Shown here piece by piece: positions 19,525-29,384 of a stretch of 64,000 nt of DNA. Below the pieces are notes generated by a model. The model worked only from the letters and a program-made list of their open reading frames with translations. It searched no databases and was not told where the DNA came from. The DNA is from an uncultured Armatimonadetes bacterium (GTDB lineage Bacteria; Armatimonadota; UBA5829; DTJY01), in contig OY970325.1 of the NCBI GenBank assembly GCA_963717145.1, forward strand, positions 4,960,001 through 5,024,000, written 5' to 3'. Positions within the stretch are counted from its first letter, which is position 1. The number at the start of each line of letters is the position of its first letter. Position numbers and translations under genes: made by a program.

Positions 19525-20756
19525 TTGCCAATCCTATCGATCATCTCATTGAGTCGCGTGCGGTAGTAGACGAAGTCCTCCCAACTCACATCGGGCGGGA
19601 TCAAATGGTCGCCAAACGGGATGTAGCCCCCCGACTTCAGTACCTCTTCGGCAGGCCTCAGGGCCGCGTCTATAGCCGTCCTGCCCTTGGCGATTTCTGC
19701 CTTGGGAATGCCGCCCATGATCTGCAACTCCGGATACTGCCGCCGGACCTTGACTATGTCCATCCCGCAATGCGCCTCGAACGGATACATCCCCGTCACA
19801 CCGACCTCCAGGTACAGCGGAATGAGTGCGTTGCAGTCACCGTCCGTGTCCAGCAGGATGATCTTCACTCCACGGGCATTCAGAAAGTCGATGATGCGCT
19901 TGTAGTAGGGCATCATGAACTCGCGCACGATCGACGGCGAGACCATCGGCCCTTTGCCGAAGCTGATGTCTTCCCAGAAGTGTATGTGATCCACCTCGAC
20001 CTGCGCAAGTACCTCTTCGAATATCGCAAGCCAGACCTCGGTGAACGTGTTCTGGATGTCGTGGACCAGCGCGGGATCGTCATAGTATAGCTCGAAGAGC
20101 TTCTCGTAGCCCATCAGATGGCTTGGCGTGCCGAACAGACCGAACGGATAGCCGCCGATCGCAAGCGGGTAGTCCCGGGTCCGATATTCGTTGACGAGGT
20201 CGCTCCAGTGGGCGGGGAAGCGGTCCTTGACATTTGAGAGGTTGAGTCGCTCGGACTTCAGTTTCTCCCAACCGGCCTTGTCTTTGATCGGCCAATCCAT
20301 GCCGGCGGGGATCGTCGCCTGCGCCTTGAGGAACTTGCGGGTCACTCCATCGATATCCGTGTAGGTCAGCGTGTCCTCGTCCTCAGCGACCGTCCCGCTT
20401 TCGAACATCGGGCAGAAGTGGAGGTTCACGTCCACCATCTGCTGGGTGGCGTCCAGGGCGAGGTGATCTCGCACATCCGTGTCCAGCGGGAAGCCCTGCG
20501 TCGGCCAGTACAGTCCCCCGGCCATCACGCCGATGCCGTTGGGAAGGACGGTCTTGCTCCGGCACGTCCACGCGGGAATATACAGCGAGGAGGTAGGCGT
20601 AGTGACCTGAGTGGGAAGCCTGGGGTAGTTGTGTTGAGGGAGGCCGGACTCATACCAGTTCTTTATGGTCTCGCCCCAGTAGCCGAACTCCCACTTGACA
20701 CTGTGGACATCCCTGTTGAAGCTCATGACCTCGAGGAATCGCTGTCTGAGGTTCAT
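19521..20756 (-). CDS. uroporphyrinogen decarboxylase / MtaA-like superfamily protein
   Basis: LMGYE, WEDI, DTDG, GGI.K and GGYIP..DH.IPPDVS motifs. RBS gggag. Confidence 0.85.
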   Translation of the reverse strand: MNLRQRFLEVMSFNRDVHSVKWEFGYWGETIKNWYESGLPQHNYPRLPTQVTTPTSSLYIPAWTCRSKTVLPNGIGVMAGGLYWPTQGFPLDTDVRDHLALDATQQMVDVNLHFCPMFESGTVAEDEDTLTYTDIDGVTRKFLKAQATIPAGMDWPIKDKAGWEKLKSERLNLSNVKDRFPAHWSDLVNEYRTRDYPLAIGGYPFGLFGTPSHLMGYEKLFELYYDDPALVHDIQNTFTEVWLAIFEEVLAQVEVDHIHFWEDISFGKGPMVSPSIVREFMMPYYKRIIDFLNARGVKIILLDTDGDCNALIPLYLEVGVTGMYPFEAHCGMDIVKVRRQYPELQIMGGIPKAEIAKGRTAIDAALRPAEEVLKSGGYIPFGDHLIPPDVSWEDFVYYRTRLNEMIDRIGK

Positions 20757-20862
20757 CCAAAGTCACTCCCTTAACCGCCTCGTTTGATTCCCTGTTCTCC
20801 TGCAGCCTGACGAACTCCTCCGGCGTCATGTTTCCAGGCGAGGTGCCGTTGCCGCCTGGAGT

Positions 20863-23661
20863 TCAAGGCCCATAGCTGGTGACAACGACCGCCTTTCCGG
20901 CTAATCCCTCTAGCTCGATAACCTCTCTGCCCGGGTCGAATCTCTTCCACGGCCGGCCGTTGACCGTCACGCTCCTGATCGGCTTTGCCTGCGGGTGACG
21001 GAATCGCAGAAGGATGCTCTTGGCCGGATTGCGACTCGGTATCTCGATGGTGGCGGTGATCTTTCCGTTGTCTACATCCGAGACGATTTCATACGCCAGA
21101 GTTCCAAAGTGGGTTGGAGCGTTCTTGACCGCAGATTCTCTTGCCCTGTTCCAGCCAGACCCGAGGTGTGGCCCGCGCGATCCACAGGGATCGGCCCTCC
21201 TCCATCACCAACATGTTGCGGAAGCGTTCGAGAAAGGCGGCTTCCTCGAAGATCTTGTCCGGCGGGCCGTGGACCGCGTGCTCATTGAAGATGTACCCGT
21301 CGTTTGGAAGGATATCGACGGCATAGCAGTTGAAGAACGAGCGGAGGAAGACCGGAATGTCATCGCCGGCCAGGTGCATATTCGCGGTGCGTTCCAGGCC
21401 ACCCTGATACTGCCAACCCGCCATGAACCAATCGCCCTTGGCTCGCTGGCCGACATACCGGTTCTCCAGGAGCAGCCTGTCCTCCAACACATCGAGGTAG
21501 CCCTGCACCCGCACATCGTCCGCGGGCAAGAGGCCCGCCGGGCTTATCAGCGCCGCCGCCGACTGGACCGTCTCCCAATACAGGGGTCCGACATGCTCGC
21601 CGGAACCATCGCGCTGCCATCCCCAGGCCCCAGTGCCCAACCCGCGCACGTAACATGCGAATGGAACGACCGAATGGAAGGTGCCGTCGCGCACCGGAAC
21701 CACCGGCGAGAGCGCGATGGACCGCTCCACTGCCGCGCGCAGGTCCTTGCGATACGCTTCCGCCTCGGCCATGAGTTTGGCGCCGCCATCGGGATCGACC
21801 ACGCTCAACGCAGCCGCCAGGCGCGAGATGGAGGCCCAGTAGTAGGCCTCGCACTCGTAGAACTGCATCCACAATCCACCGCTGTCCGGAGTCACCTGGA
21901 GCGCCGGCTGCAACCCCTTGCACCAGAGTCGGTCACCGCCCGGAACCAGCATTCGAAATCACTCGCCGTTGACGCAGCATCCATTCGGCGTTGGCCTTGA
22001 TCCGGGGCGCGGAGGCTCTCAGCCACTCGGTGTCGCCGGTCATCCAGTAGTGCTCGGTCAGGGCCAGACCGATGGATCCCGGGCCGAATGCATGGACTCC
22101 ATCCATCTGTCCGCCGGCGCCTTCGGGACCTACGGCGTGCGTCAGGCATCCGTGGCCTTCCGAGAAGAGTCCGTTGGGACGGTCAGGAAGCGCCCAGGGG
22201 TGATGACCGGCGGAGTTGGGATCCATCGGCAGGGAAACCCATTGGTCGAATCCGTCTTCGGCAGCCTTATGCGAGCCCATCAGGTCCAGCACCGCGAGGA
22301 TCATGTAGGTCTCCGCGCCGAGGATGCCGTAGGGATAATCGTCGAACCACAGCCGCCCGTTCTTCGGGTTCTTCTGCGCGTGCCGGAGGAGATGCCAGGC
22401 TCCCAGGTTCCATTGGGCCGTCAATCGCTCCGAAGGAACCTCCACCTGCATCGTCGGCTCGAATCCCGCCGGGGGCGTGGGATGCGGCGGCAGGTTGTCA
22501 CCACACATCGCGGTGACCGCGCCTTCCCAGGTCTGTTCTTCGCGGGCGCGGGTCTGCTCGCGGATGGTGGTCAGTTTCCTGGTCTCGAGTTCCTTGATGA
22601 ACGCCTTCGCGCTCGTGGCCTGCGAGGCCAGCGCAATGGGAGGCTGCGAGGGATCTCCGGGAGTGGACGCCAGGTTTGGAAGTCCGACGGACGAAGAATC
22701 CGTACTCGGGCGCAAGGATCGGACCGTTCTCCAGGTCCGCCGCCAGGAACGAGAAGTTGCCCGCCTTTGTCCACAGGGTGACGATGGTGCGCGCCACGTC
22801 GTCCGGTTGGGTCGTGAACGGCTGTTCCCTCCGCCACTTCGACGTGCCCATGTACAAGCAGGGAGAGCCTGTATGCCCCGGCGGCCGGAGCCCTTGCCGA
22901 CGGAATGCCACGAACTCGAGGTCCGCTACTCGAGGTACCTGCGTCGCCGTCCAGGGGGCGCAGTCCGGCCACGATGCCGTCATAGCTTTCGACCCGCCCG
23001 CTGTAGTCCTTCTTGGCGGTAGTCCGGTCGAACCCCCACTCGATCTCGACTGTCCATCTTCTTCCAGGTGTCGGCCACCAGTACTCGCACTGCGGGCACA
23101 TCGTATTCTGAGGCGTTCTTGTCGCCGACTACACTGACAACGATGCCGCAGGTGTTCTCATCCAGAGCATAGACGTAGGTCATTCCATCGCCGGACACCG
23201 TTGGCTTGACAGCCTGTTGGACGGAGATCAGGTTATTCCACCACGAGCTGGCAGAACCCTCGTTGTTCAGCGTCGCGACTGCCAATTCCTCGGGCGCGGG
23301 CCGGCGCTTGGCGTTGGCCGCCCAGGTCAACTCCAATTGTCTGCACCGGGCGAATTTCCTCCCAGAGCAATCCGCACAGAGCCTGCTTGATCGCCGGATC
23401 GTTCACGTCCACGGGCTTGTTCAGCGGCAGTTTGGCGTAACGCATGAGGGCAAGCCAGCTCTCCGGTGGATTGTCCTCTGCCTCACGGTCCGCACGGTAC
23501 TGATAGGCACTCGGCGCAATGTCGACAGGCTGTCCCGCAAGTCCGTCCAGATCACTCCCCGACTTCCTAACGTCCGACGATGCATCACCTTGAGTGACGA
23601 CGGTGATCAGCAGCGCAATGAGAACGATCGCGAATGTGCTCAATATCCCTCTACCTTCCAT
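20863..23661 (-). CDS. secreted putative (alpha/alpha)6 glycoside hydrolase, frameshifted; paralogue of 37932-40607
   Basis: Fragments in several frames (PVDIAP, EIEWGF, DLENGPIL.PEYG, LWIARATPR.WLEQG, ...YGP*) are collinear with 37932-40607. Confidence 0.7.
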
Positions 23662-23720
23662 GTCAGCAATCCTTGGAGCTTGTCCCTACAGTAGTGGAAA
23701 GTGGCAGGTGACTTGCCAGT

Positions 23721-23749
23721 ATTCTATGCCGCTTTCTCGAAGTTGTCAA
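23721..23749 (-). promoter_or_regulatory. sigma70-type promoter, leftward
   Basis: On the minus strand: TTGACA (23749-23744), 17 nt, TAGAAT (23726-23721). Confidence 0.7.
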
Positions 23750-23774
23750 AACCTTCCATCTGTTGGTAACATGA

Positions 23775-23803
23775 TTGACAGGCTGGGCTGCCAATGCTAT
23801 GCT
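23775..23803 (+). promoter_or_regulatory. sigma70-type promoter, rightward, with extended -10
   Basis: TTGACA (23775-23780), 17 nt, TATGCT (23798-23803), preceded by TGn. Confidence 0.7.
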
Positions 23804-23862
23804 GCCTTCAGAAGCGAGCCCAGACAACTTCGCGCGCTACACGGCTGGTTGGACAGAACGCA

Positions 23863-26163
23863 GTGAAGAACCTTCTTGCTCATCGGAAGACAACAGGAAA
23901 CGCGCAGAGTGTTTACCATGCGGTCGCATTGATCCTTGTCGCCTGCGTGATCGCGCCGGAAGGATTGGCGCAGCCAATGAGTTCGAATCAATCGAGTAAC
24001 CAGGCAGCTTTGCATAGGGCCATCTCGGCAAAGATAGACGTCTACGGCGAGGCTGCGATGCGCCAGGTTAACGGCGCGAGCTATGAGTTCTTTGCCGATC
24101 TGATCCCACCGATCCGCTACGCCCGACTGGCAGGGTTCGAGCACTACCCGATAGTATTGGGCTTGCCCGGAGGAGAGCACAAGGCAAGGCTGGTCAGCAA
24201 CGGCAGCGCAATCAATGCTCGGGCAAACAGCGATGCCTGGCTGGACACAGGATTCCCCGTCACGTTCTCCCTGGGAGACGGGGCCGTTTTCGGTGGTGAC
24301 TTGGGGCGACTCGACGGCCCCCGCTACTCGCTCGGCTATCTTCCAATCGTGGAAACGGTCTATCGAGACGGAGGGTCGTCATACCGAGAAGAGGTGTTTG
24401 TGGGCGTCTCCGCCCCGTTCGGCGCGCACGTGGCGTGTGTTGTGCGATTCAGCCTGGCGGATGGTAAGAGCGGTAAGGTCATCGCCAAGGTCGGAGCGGA
24501 GGGAGAGATCGCACAGTCCGGGTCCCTGCTCACCGATCCCGGCGGGAAAGCTTTGGTCTGGTCCAGCGGCAACTGGAAATGGGACCAGAAAGCCCGCGAA
24601 ATGAGTGTTCGGATCACAGCCGGACGAGACGCTTACCTTGTGATTTTCACTCAGCCGGCTGAGTTCAAACCGAGTGACTCTCTCACCGCAGCCGCCTACC
24701 GAGGCGAGCGGACCAAGTGCGTTCGTTACTGGGACGAGAAACTGAAGACGGGCTGTCTTGTGGAGACCCCCGAGCTGCGTGTAAACCAATGCCTGAAGTC
24801 GCTGCAGATCGGAACTATGGTGCTCCGCAGGGGCGATACGATCTACTACAGCAACACGAATGTCTACCAGGCCCTCTGCGAAGCGGAATGCAGTGACTCC
24901 GCCCTGTCACTTCTGCTCTTCGGGCACGTGAAAGGCACGAGAGAAGTGCTCCCGTCACTGATGGAGTACCTCCAGCCGGGCATCGAGTTCCACGACATGG
25001 CGTTCAAGCTTCAGACACTCTCGCGCTACTACTGGCTCACCCGCGACGCGGACTTCATCCGCTCACAGAAACAGCATTGGACGGCGGCGCTGGACCGAAT
25101 CATGCAGGGCCGCGACCCGAAGACCGGTCTGCTTCCGCGTGAGGACTACTGCGGAGACATCAAGACCCCGATTTTCTCGCTCAACTCAAACGCCAGCAGT
25201 TGGCGTGGGCTGCGCGACTTTGCCGTGGTGCTCGAGGAGATCGGCGAGAAAGAACTGGCGGAGCGGGTCTCAAACGAAGCCAGGGAGTACCGCAGCTTCA
25301 TCCTGGACGCAGTGGAGAAGAGTGTGCGCAAGGACGTGGATCCTCCGTTCATGCCAATTGCCCTGTTTGGCGAAGAGGAACCTTATGAGGAGCTGACGGA
25401 GACACGGATGGGCAGCTACTGGGATCTGATGATCCCATATGTTCTCGGCTCAGGAGTGCTCGGCGATGATTCCGAGCAGACGGGCTGGGTGCTCGACTAC
25501 CTGCACAAGCGCGGTGGCATCTTTATGGGGATGATTCGTTTCCATGAGGCCACGACCGATGACCTCTACGGTCTCCGATATGTCCTGGCGCTGTTGAGGC
25601 GCGACGAAACCGAGCGAGCGCTGGTCTCATTCTACGGAAAGATGGCTCAGGGACTGACGCGGGACACGTACGTCGGAGGGGAGAGGGTCGAATTGAACCC
25701 GACCACTCCTTTTGGCCGTTGGGAGGACCAGCCGCCGAACAGCTCCAGCAACGCGCTCTGGCTGTGGAACCTACGGTACTTGATGGTACAGGACTGGGAC
25801 ATGGACGACGACGGCCGCCCTGACACGCTCCGGTTGATGTTTGCCACGCCGCAACGCTGGCTCGAAGACGGGAAGACCATCCGGCTGGAGCAAGTCCCGA
25901 CGGCATTCGGAGCAGTATCCATACGCATGACTTCGTATGTGAAACAGGGTGAAGTGCTTGCGGAGGTGACACTCCCCCAGTATGCTCCAAAGCGGACGCT
26001 TCTCCGTGCCCGCCTGCCGGATGGGTTGGTCGCCGCGTCAGCGCAGGTCGCCGGCAAGACAGTTGCGGTAGACGATCACGGCACCGTGGACATCACCGGC
26101 CTGGACGGGAGGGTGACTTTGCGGTTTGCGGTGAAACCGCGGAACGGACCGAATGCCGAATGA
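23863..26163 (+). CDS. putative (alpha/alpha)6 glycoside-hydrolase-like protein
   Basis: YYWLTRDADF and GLLP motifs. C-terminal LMFATPQRWL..G...VPTAFG is shared with the two paralogues. Start placed downstream of the promoter. Confidence 0.7.
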   Translation: MKNLLAHRKTTGNAQSVYHAVALILVACVIAPEGLAQPMSSNQSSNQAALHRAISAKIDVYGEAAMRQVNGASYEFFADLIPPIRYARLAGFEHYPIVLGLPGGEHKARLVSNGSAINARANSDAWLDTGFPVTFSLGDGAVFGGDLGRLDGPRYSLGYLPIVETVYRDGGSSYREEVFVGVSAPFGAHVACVVRFSLADGKSGKVIAKVGAEGEIAQSGSLLTDPGGKALVWSSGNWKWDQKAREMSVRITAGRDAYLVIFTQPAEFKPSDSLTAAAYRGERTKCVRYWDEKLKTGCLVETPELRVNQCLKSLQIGTMVLRRGDTIYYSNTNVYQALCEAECSDSALSLLLFGHVKGTREVLPSLMEYLQPGIEFHDMAFKLQTLSRYYWLTRDADFIRSQKQHWTAALDRIMQGRDPKTGLLPREDYCGDIKTPIFSLNSNASSWRGLRDFAVVLEEIGEKELAERVSNEAREYRSFILDAVEKSVRKDVDPPFMPIALFGEEEPYEELTETRMGSYWDLMIPYVLGSGVLGDDSEQTGWVLDYLHKRGGIFMGMIRFHEATTDDLYGLRYVLALLRRDETERALVSFYGKMAQGLTRDTYVGGERVELNPTTPFGRWEDQPPNSSSNALWLWNLRYLMVQDWDMDDDGRPDTLRLMFATPQRWLEDGKTIRLEQVPTAFGAVSIRMTSYVKQGEVLAEVTLPQYAPKRTLLRARLPDGLVAASAQVAGKTVAVDDHGTVDITGLDGRVTLRFAVKPRNGPNAE

Positions 26164-29100
26164 ACTCAGCGCGAGGCTGTGGCAGATCGAGAGCAGCTAT
26201 CACACACCTGAGGTGTGAGTATCTGGTCAACCCCCAAGGCGTTGATGTGACGAACCCTCGTCTGAGCTGGGTGCTGGAATCAGCCCAACGGGGCGTGGTT
26301 CAAACCGCCTATCAGATACTCGTGTCACGAAGCGAAGATGCCCTCGCTCGCGACAAAGGCGATCTCTGGGACAGCAGCAAGGTCGAGTCGGACCAGTCTA
26401 TCCACGTCGTGTACGCGGGCAGCCCCTTGACATCCCGCCTTGGGTGCTGGTGGAAGGTCCGGGTCTGGGACAATCATGGAGATCTCTCGAAATGGAGCAT
26501 TCCTGTCTCGTGGACGATGGGCCTCCTCGATGGATCGGACTGGAAGGCCGGGTGGATCGGCCTCGATGGCGGCGACAACCCCGACTGCTTGGCGGACGCA
26601 CAGTGGATCTGGTTCCCGGGCGAATCCGTGCAGATGGCAGAGACGGCCGGCAAGACACGGTACTTCCGCCGAACGGTAGACATACCCAATGGGGACGAGA
26701 TCAGCGGCGCCCGTCTGACGATCGGCACACAAGGTAGGTTCGCGGTCTCAGTCAACGGCGAGCGGGTCGCGCAATGGGCGCGGACGGTCTTCGCGCCGGT
26801 TTCTGAGGTCGATCTGGAGAGATATCTGAGGCCGGGGGCGAATATCATCGCGGTGGCGGCTTCGGTGAGCGACCAGAGCGATCATCCCTCGGGGCTCATC
26901 TGCGCGCTGACTGCCGAGTTTGAACCCGGCGAGCCGCTGATGATTACCTCCGACTCGAGATGGAAAGTCTGCGCAAGCGAGATGGATGGGTGGGAAGATC
27001 CGGGATTCGACGACTCCGGCTGGCCGAGCGCCGAAGAGCTTGGCAGGAACGGAACACCCCCATTCCCCACAGTCCCGGGAGACGACTATCGGCGGCTGCC
27101 CGCGCGCATGCTCCGCCGGGAGTTCAATGTGGGCGGGGCGATAAGGCGAGCCACCGCCTATATGTGCGGCCTCGGGCTCTCCGAGTTGTACATCAACGGC
27201 AGCAGGATCGGCGATCACGTTCTCTCGCCGGGCCTCACCGACTACAACAAGCGCGCTCTCTACGTCACGTATGACGTTACAGACGACCTCCGGGCCGGCG
27301 TCAATGCACTCGGAGTGATCCTCGGCAACGGACGGTATTTCGCGCCCCGCCGGAGTGCGCCAACGAACACCATCAACTACGGCTATCCCAAGCTCCTCTT
27401 GCAGTTGGAGATCGAGTATCACGATGGCTCGATCGAGACCGTTCTGAGCGATGAGTCATGGAAGCTTACCGACAAGGGCCCTATCCGCGCGAACAGCGAA
27501 TACGATGGCGAGATCTACGACGCCAGGAGGGAACTGAACGGCTGGAACAGGCCGGGATTCCAGGATTCAGGCTGGCAGAAGGCCGAGATGGTCGATGCGC
27601 CGGCGGGCGCGCTGAGTTCCGAGATGGCCGAGCCGATCCGGGTGATGGATACGCTGCGTCCGATAGCGATCACCAGTCCGAGGTCCGGAGTCCACATCTT
27701 CGACATGGGGCAGAACATGGTTGGTTGGTGCCGCCTGCGGGTCGAGGGGCCAGCGGGAACCAGGGTCTATATGAAGCATGCCGAGAAGCTGAGACCCGAC
27801 GGCACGCTCTACCTCGACAATCTACGATCGGCCAAAGTCACCGACGTCTATACCCTCAGGGGCGAAGGAATCGAGGTCTATGAACCCAGGTTCACGTATC
27901 ACGGCTTTAGATACGTCGAGATAACAGGGTTCCCGGGCACGTCTGATCTCTCCGCGCTTCAGGGAGTAGTCGTACACGATGCCTTGGAGCGAACAGGTGA
28001 GTTCTCATGCTCAAACCCGCTCCTGAATCGGATCTACCGCAACATCTACTGGGGCGTGAGAGGGAACTACCGAAGCATTCCCACGGACTGTCCGCAGAGA
28101 GACGAGCGACAGGGATGGTTTGGAGACAGGGCGCAGGTATCGAAGGGCGAGATGTACATCTTCGACACCGCCGCGCTCGATACCAAGTGGATCAGGGACA
28201 TGGAAGACTCTCAGGTCTCAGACGGAAGCCTTCCGGATATCGCGCCCGCCTTCTGGCCTTTCTACACCGGCAGCATCACGTTTCCTACCGCCGCGCTCGT
28301 CATTCCAGGGCATCTCTACCACGTGTACGGCGACCTGCGGATACTGGAGACTCACTATGCCTGCATGCGACGGTGGGTCGAGAAGATGATCCCGAACCTG
28401 ACCGACTTCACGATGCCCAGGGACACGTATGGGGATTGGTGCGTGCCGCCCGAATCGCTGGAGATGATCTGGTCGGCTGACCCAAACCGGGTGACCGACC
28501 GGGCGCTGGTTTCCACGGCCTACTTCTACTACGACCTGCGTCTGATGGCCCGTTACGCCCTGCTTCTGGGTATGAATGATGACGCCTCTCGCTACAACGA
28601 TTTCGCCGACCACGTCAGGGTCGCGTTCAACGCCAAGTTCTTCGATCCCGTGACTAGTGTTTACGACAACGGCACTCAGACATCGAGCGTCCTCCCTCTG
28701 GCATACGGCCTTGTTCCGGACGATCACAAGGCGCGTGTCTTCGCCAATCTGGTCGAGAACATACTGGTCAAGACTGATTGTCACATCGGTACGGGCATGA
28801 TCGGCTGCCAATGGCTCATGCGGGCGCTCTCGGACAACGGGAGGCCTGATGTCGCCTGCAGTTTGGCCGTACAGACGAGCTACCCGAGTTGGGGTTACAT
28901 GGTGGAGCAGGGCGCGACTACGGTCTGGGAGCTGTGGAATGGCGATCATGGTGACCCCTTGATGAACTCCGGCAACCACGTCATGCAGATCGGGGATCTC
29001 CTGACGTGGCTGCACGAGTATGTCGGAGGCATAGCGCCGGACGAGGCTTGCCCGGGGTTCAAGCATACGATCATGCGCCCCCGGGTCATGGGGGACCTGA

Positions 29101-29384
29101 CGTCCGCTAAGGCGTATCACAAGTCCATGTACGGCAGGATATTGAGCGACTGGAAGATCGAGAACGGAACCTCTGAGTGGCGGATCGAGGTCCCGGCAAA
29201 TACGACGGCCACTGTCTATATGCCCTCAGATGACCCCGAGAGCATCCTGGAGAGCGGCAAATCCGCGAAGGACGCAGTTGGCGTAGAATTCCTGCGGATG
29301 GAGGACGGCCGGGCGGTCTTCGAGGTGGGATCCGGCTGCTACGTGTTCACTTCTCCGGCTACTTCTGCTCGAAGTGGTAGTTGA
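26160..29384 (+). CDS. alpha-L-rhamnosidase, GH78
   Basis: LRCEYL.NP.G, DMGQNMVG, FTYHGFRY, PTDCPQRDERQGW.GD, GATTVWELW and SGNH motifs. Confidence 0.93.
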   Translation: MNSARGCGRSRAAITHLRCEYLVNPQGVDVTNPRLSWVLESAQRGVVQTAYQILVSRSEDALARDKGDLWDSSKVESDQSIHVVYAGSPLTSRLGCWWKVRVWDNHGDLSKWSIPVSWTMGLLDGSDWKAGWIGLDGGDNPDCLADAQWIWFPGESVQMAETAGKTRYFRRTVDIPNGDEISGARLTIGTQGRFAVSVNGERVAQWARTVFAPVSEVDLERYLRPGANIIAVAASVSDQSDHPSGLICALTAEFEPGEPLMITSDSRWKVCASEMDGWEDPGFDDSGWPSAEELGRNGTPPFPTVPGDDYRRLPARMLRREFNVGGAIRRATAYMCGLGLSELYINGSRIGDHVLSPGLTDYNKRALYVTYDVTDDLRAGVNALGVILGNGRYFAPRRSAPTNTINYGYPKLLLQLEIEYHDGSIETVLSDESWKLTDKGPIRANSEYDGEIYDARRELNGWNRPGFQDSGWQKAEMVDAPAGALSSEMAEPIRVMDTLRPIAITSPRSGVHIFDMGQNMVGWCRLRVEGPAGTRVYMKHAEKLRPDGTLYLDNLRSAKVTDVYTLRGEGIEVYEPRFTYHGFRYVEITGFPGTSDLSALQGVVVHDALERTGEFSCSNPLLNRIYRNIYWGVRGNYRSIPTDCPQRDERQGWFGDRAQVSKGEMYIFDTAALDTKWIRDMEDSQVSDGSLPDIAPAFWPFYTGSITFPTAALVIPGHLYHVYGDLRILETHYACMRRWVEKMIPNLTDFTMPRDTYGDWCVPPESLEMIWSADPNRVTDRALVSTAYFYYDLRLMARYALLLGMNDDASRYNDFADHVRVAFNAKFFDPVTSVYDNGTQTSSVLPLAYGLVPDDHKARVFANLVENILVKTDCHIGTGMIGCQWLMRALSDNGRPDVACSLAVQTSYPSWGYMVEQGATTVWELWNGDHGDPLMNSGNHVMQIGDLLTWLHEYVGGIAPDEACPGFKHTIMRPRVMGDLTSAKAYHKSMYGRILSDWKIENGTSEWRIEVPANTTATVYMPSDDPESILESGKSAKDAVGVEFLRMEDGRAVFEVGSGCYVFTSPATSARSGS

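Noticed and set aside
19521-20756. hemE annotation
   Set aside because: Lacks the N-terminal W.MRQAGR motif of true HemE and sits in a sugar-uptake operon.
20770-20850. GNMTPEEF peptide resembling an IS3 integrase or AraC C-terminus
   Set aside because: Too short, with no supporting upstream frame or terminal repeat.
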